Origin: Eledone cirrhosa
Lineage: Eukaryota
DNA: 64,000 nt
Assembly: GCA_964016885.1 (NCBI GenBank)
Contig: OZ024740.1
Span: 15,066,001-15,130,000, forward strand
Reading direction: 5' to 3'
Both the position numbers and the translations under genes were made by a program. Positions within the stretch are counted from its first letter, which is position 1, and every line of letters starts with the position of its first letter. The notes under the pieces were generated by a model. That model did no database searches and was not told the DNA's origin. It saw only the letters and a list, made by a program, of their open reading frames with translations. This document shows, piece after piece, positions 58,891 through 64,000 of this stretch.

Positions 58891-61800
58891 ATTTCACACT
58901 AAACAGAGGTGTGGAATATAGGATGTTTTAAACACCTTCATGGTTATATTTCCCACTAAACAGAGGTGTGAAATATAGGATGCTTTAAACATCTTCATGG
59001 TTATATTTACAACTAAACAGAGGTGTGAAATATAGGATGTTTTAAACACCTTCATGGTTATATTTCCCACTAAACAGAGGTGTGAAATATAGGATGTTTT
59101 AAACACCTTCATGGTTATATTTCCCACTAAACAGAGGTGAGGAATATAGGATGTTTTAAACCCCTTCATGGTTATATTTCACACTAAACAGAGGTGTGGA
59201 ATATAGGATGCTTTAAACACCTTCATGGTTATATTTCCCACTAAACAGAGGTGTGAAATATAGGATGCTTTAAACACCTTCATGGTATATTTCCCACTAA
59301 ACAGAGGTGTGAAATATAGGATGTTTTAAACACCTTCATGGTTATATTTCCCACTAAACAGAGGTGTGAAATATAGGATGTTTTAAACACCTTCATGGTT
59401 ATATTTCCCACTAAACAGAGGTGTGCAATATAGGATGTTTTAAACACCTTCATGGTTATATTTCCCACTAAACAGAGGTGTGAAATATAGGATGTTTTAA
59501 CACCTTCATGGTTATATTTCCCACTACAAAGAGGTGTGAAATATAGGGTGTTGTAAACACCTTCATGCTTATATTTCCCATTAAACAGAGGTGTGAAATA
59601 TAGAATGTTTTAAATAACTTCATGGTTATATTTCCCAATAAACAGGGGTGTGAAATATAGGATGTTTCAAACACCTTCATGGTTATATTTCCCACTAAAC
59701 AGAGGTGTGAAATATAGGATGTTTTAAACACCTTCATGGTTATATTTCCCACTAAACAGAGGTGTGAAATATAGGATGTTTTAAACACCTTCATGGTTAT
59801 ATTTCCCACTAAACAGAGGTGTGAAAGATAGGATGTTTTAAACACCTTCATGGTTATATTTCCCACTAAACAGAGGTGTGAAATATAGGATGTTTTAAAC
59901 ACCTTCATGGTTATATTTCCCACTAAACAGAGGTGTGAAATATAGGATGTTTTAAACCCCTTCATGGTTATATTTCCCACTAAACAGAGGTGTGAAATAT
60001 AGAATGTTTTAAATACCTTCATGGTTATATTTCCCAATAAACAGAGGTGTGAAATATAGGATGTTGTAAACACCTTCATGGTTATATTTCCCACTACACA
60101 GAGGTGTGATATATAGGGTGTTGTAAACACCTTCATGATTATATTTCCCACTAAACAGAGGTGTGAAATATAGAATGTTTTAAATACATTCATGGTTATA
60201 TTTCCCACTAAACAGAGGTGTGAAATATAGGATGTTTTAAACACCTTCATGGCTATATTTCCCACTGAACAGAGGTGAGGAATATAGGATGTTTTAAACC
60301 CCTTCATGGTTATATTTCACACTAAACAGAGGTGTGAAATATAGGATGTTTTAAAAACCTTCATGGTTATACTTCCCACTACACAGAGGTGTGAAATATA
60401 GGGTGTTGTAAACACCTTCATGATTATATTTCCCACTAAAAAGAGGTGTGAAATATAGGATGTTTTAAACACATTCATGGCTATATTTCCCACTAAACAG
60501 AGGTGAGGAATATAGGATGTTTTAAACCCCTTCATGGTCATATTTCACACTAAACAGAGGTGTGGAATATAGGATGCTTTAAACACCTTCATGGTTATAT
60601 TTCCCACTAAACAGAGGTGTGAAATATAGGATGTTTTAAACACCTTCATGGTTATATTTCCCACTAAACAGAGGTGTGCAATATAGGATGTTTTAAACAC
60701 CTTCATGGTTATATTTCCCACTAAACAGAGGTGTGAAATATAGAATGTTGTAAACACCTTCATGGTTATATTTCCCACTACACAGAGGTGTGAAATATAG
60801 GGTGTTGTAAACACCTTCATGATTATATTTCCCACTAAACAGAGGTGTGAAATATAGAATGTTTTAAATACATTCATGGTTATATTTCCCAATAAACAGA
60901 GGTGTGAAATATAGGATGTTTTAAACACCTTCATGGTTATATTTCACACTAAACAGAGGTGTGGAATATAGGATGTTTTAAACACCTTCATGGTTATATT
61001 TCCCACTAAACAGTGGTGTGAAATATAGGATGTTTTAAAAACCTTCATGGTTATATTTCCCACTACACAGAGGTGTGAAATATAGGGTGTTGTAAACACC
61101 TTCATGATTATATTTCCCACTAAAAAGAGGTGTGAAATATAGGATGTTTTAAACACATTCATGGCTATATTTCCCACTAAACAGAGGTGAGGAATATAGG
61201 ATGTTTTAAACCCCTTCATGGTCATATTTCACACTAAACAGAGGTGTGGAATATAGGATGCTTTAAACACCTTCATGGTTATATTTCCCACTAAACAGAG
61301 GTGTGAAATATAGGATGCTTTAAACACCTTCATGGTATATTTCCCACTAAACAGAGGTGTGAAATATAGGATGTTTTAAACACCTTCATTGTTATATTTC
61401 CCACTAAACAGAGGTGTGAAATATAGGATGTTTTAAACACCTTCATGGTTATATTTCCCACTAAACAGAGGTGTGCAATATAGGATGTTTAAACACCTTC
61501 ATGGTTATATTTCCCACTAAACAGAGGTGTGAAATATAGGATGTTTTAACACCTTCATGGTTATATTTCCCACGAAACAGAGGTGTGAAATATAGGATGT
61601 TTTAAACACCTTCATGGTTATATTTCCCACTAAACAGAGGTGTGAAATATAGGATGTTTTAAAAACCTTCATGGTTATATTTCCCACTAAACAGAGGTGG
61701 GAAATATAGGATGTTTTAAACACCTTCATGTTTATATTTCCCACTAATCAGAGGTGTGAAATATAGGATGTTTTAAACCCCTTCATGGTTATATTTCCCA

Positions 61801-64000
61801 CTAAACAGAGGTGTGCAATATAGGATGTTTTAAACACCTTCATGATTATATTTCCCACTAAACAGAGGTGTGAAATATAGGATGTTGTAAACACCTTCAT
61901 GGTTATATTTCCCACTACACAGAGGTGTGCAATATAGGATGTTTTAAACACCTTGATGATTATATTTCCCACTAAACAGAGGTGTGAAATATAGGATGTT
62001 GTAAACACCTTCATGTTTATATTTCCCACTACAAAGAGGTGTGAAATATAGGATGTTTTAAACACCTTCATGGTTATATTTCCCACTAAACAGAGGTGTG
62101 AAATATAGCATGTTTTAAACACCTTCATGGTTATATTTCCCACTAAACAGAGGTGTGAAATATAGGATGTTTCAAACCCCTTCATGGTTATATTTCCCAC
62201 TAAACAGAGGTGTGCAATATAGGATGTGTTAAACACCTTCATGATTATATTTCCCACTAAACAGAGGTGTGAAATATAGGATGTTGTAAACACCTTCATG
62301 GTTATATTTCCCACTACACAGAGGTGTGAAATATATGGTGTTGTAAACACCTTCATGATTATATTTCCCACTAAACAGAGGTGTGAAATATAGAATGTTT
62401 TAAATACCTTCATGGTTATATTTCCCAATAAACAGAGGTGTGAAATATAGGATGTTGTAAACACCTTCATGGTTATATTTCCCACTACACAGAGGTTTGA
62501 TATATAGGGTGTTGTAAACACCTTCATGATTATATTTCCCACTAAACAGAGGTGTGAAATATAGAATGTTTTAAATACATTCATGGTTATATTTCCCACT
62601 AAACAGAGGTGTGAAATATAGGATGTTTTAAACACCTTCATGGCTATATTTCCCACTGAACAGAGGTGAGGAATATAGGATGTTTTAAACCCCTTCATGG
62701 TTATATTTCACACTAAACAGAGGTGTGGAATATAGGATGCTTTAAACACCTTCATGGTTATATTTCCCACTAAACAGAGGTGTGAAATATAGGATGTTTT
62801 AAACCACTTCATGGTTATATTTCCCACTAAACAGAGGTATGCAATATAGGATGTTTTAAACACCTTCATGATTATATTTCCCACTAAACAGAGGTGTGAA
62901 ATATAGTATGTTGTAAACACCTTCATGATCATAATTCCCACTACACAGAGGTGTGAAATATAGGGTGTTGTAAACACCTTCATGATTATATTTCCCACTA
63001 AACAGAGGTGTGAAATATAGAATGTTTTAAATACCTTCATGGTTATATTTCACACTAAACAGAGGTGTGAAATATAGGATGCTTTAAACACCTTCATGGT
63101 TATATTTCCCACTAAACAGAGGTGTGAAATATAGGATGTTTTAAAAACCTTCATGGTTATATTTCCCACTACACAGAGGTGTGTAATATAGGGTGTTGTA
63201 AACACCTTCATGATTATATTTCCCACTAAACAGAGGTGTGAAATATAGAATGTTTTAAATACCTTCATGGTTGTATTTCCCAATAAACAGAGGTGTGAAA
63301 TATAGGATGTTTTAAACACCTTCATGGTTATATTTCCCACTAAACAGTGGTGTGAAATATAGGATGTTTTAAACACCTTCATGGTTATATTTCCCACTAA
63401 ACAGAGGTGTGAAATATAGGATGTTTTAAAAACCTTCATGTTTATATTTCGCACTACACAGAGGTGTGAAATATAGGGTGTTGTAAACACCTTCATGATT
63501 ATATTTCCCACTAAACAGAGATGTGCAATATAGGATGTTTTAAACACCTTCATGGTTATATATCCCACTAAACAGAGGTGTGAAATATAGGATGTTTTAA
63601 AAACCTTCATGGTTATATTTCCCACTAAGCAGAGGTGTGAAATATAGGATGTTTTAAACACCTTCATGGTTATATTTCCCACTAAACAGAGGTGTGCAAT
63701 ATAGGATGTTTTAAACACCTTCATGGTTATATTTCCCACTAAACAGAGGTGTGAAATATAGGATGTTTTAACACCTTCATGGTTATATTTCCCAATAAAC
63801 AGAGGTGTGAAATATAGGATGTTTTAAACACCTTCATGGTTATATTTCACACTAAACAGAGGTGTGGAATATAGGATGTTTTAAGCACCTTCATGGTTAT
63901 ATTTCCCACTAAACAGTGGTGTGAAATATAGGATGTTTTAAAAACCTTCATGGTTATATTTCCCACTACACAGAGGTGTGAAATATAGGGTGTTGTAAAC

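Larger units (their letters stand above)
1..64000. repeat. Tandem satellite array, 57-bp monomer, ~1,120 head-to-tail copies, continuing beyond both window ends
   Basis: Seen directly: consensus ACCTTCATGGTTATATTTCCCACTAAACAGAGGTGTGAAATATAGGATGTTTTAAAC repeats throughout. Monomers typically carry 0-4 substitutions, with occasional 56-bp deletion monomers. No inversion or non-repeat insert seen. The ORF track shows the same 19-aa unit from end to end. Confidence 0.99.

Noticed and set aside
1785-63055. UGA recoding (Sec, Cys or Trp) joining the ORFs into a giant protein
   Set aside because: Many stops are TGA, one at the Cys position, but TAA stops and frequent uncompensated frameshifts remain, so recoding would not restore a continuous frame.
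164-63739. Dozens of minus-strand ORFs as real repeat-protein genes
   Set aside because: There is no unique N- or C-terminal domain or intergenic DNA. ORF limits are set only by stop variants (GGA>TGA, TGT>TGA, AAA>TAA) and 1-bp deletions, which are freely copied in the duplications. Common variants are mostly amino-acid changing. One open frame out of six in a 19-codon unit is unsurprising.
1-64000. CRISPR array (hairpin repeat with ~57-bp period)
   Set aside because: There are no unique spacers: the sequence between hairpins is as conserved as the hairpins. No leader or cas gene is present.
1-64000. C2H2 zinc-finger or other known repeat domain from the periodic His/Cys
   Set aside because: The unit has only one H-x-C per 19 aa and lacks C-x2-4-C...H-x3-5-H spacing and the TGEKP linker.
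1-64000. Pure assembly or amplification artefact (e.g. rolling-circle concatemer)
   Set aside because: Rare variants recur in ordered, nested kb-scale blocks with several different periods, which random error or a single circular template would not produce. Exact block copy numbers still need read support.
1-64000. Telomeric repeat, tRNA/5S array, MITE array or Rho-independent terminators
   Set aside because: There is no short G-rich telomeric unit, no cloverleaf or Pol III A/B boxes, and no target-site duplications or transposase. The hairpin is AT-rich and has no gene context.

Overview
The whole 64-kb window is one uninterrupted, single-orientation tandem array of a 57-bp monomer, about 1,120 copies, open at both window edges. 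The + strand consensus is ACCTTCATGGTTATATTTCCCACTAAACAGAGGTGTGAAATATAGGATGTTTTAAAC (19/57 = 33% GC). I see no unique sequence, gene, RNA gene, transposon or CRISPR spacer. The many minus-strand ORFs are a by-product of 57 bp = 19 codons with one stop-free frame; stops and 1-bp deletions break them repeatedly. The information lies in four things. (1) The monomer contains two dyad symmetries and a near-perfect T-box half-site next to a Forkhead-core hexamer. (2) Some common variants 'correct' the dyad mismatches. (3) Variant monomers recur in a fixed order. (4) Nested higher-order duplications have offsets of 5238, 6037/2962/8999, 9169-9397, 2789, 2506, 3700/4098, 1082, 684 and 2391 bp. The best reading is eukaryotic satellite DNA, possibly (peri)centromeric. 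Host and function cannot be determined from the sequence alone, and block boundaries are approximate to about 1-2 monomers.
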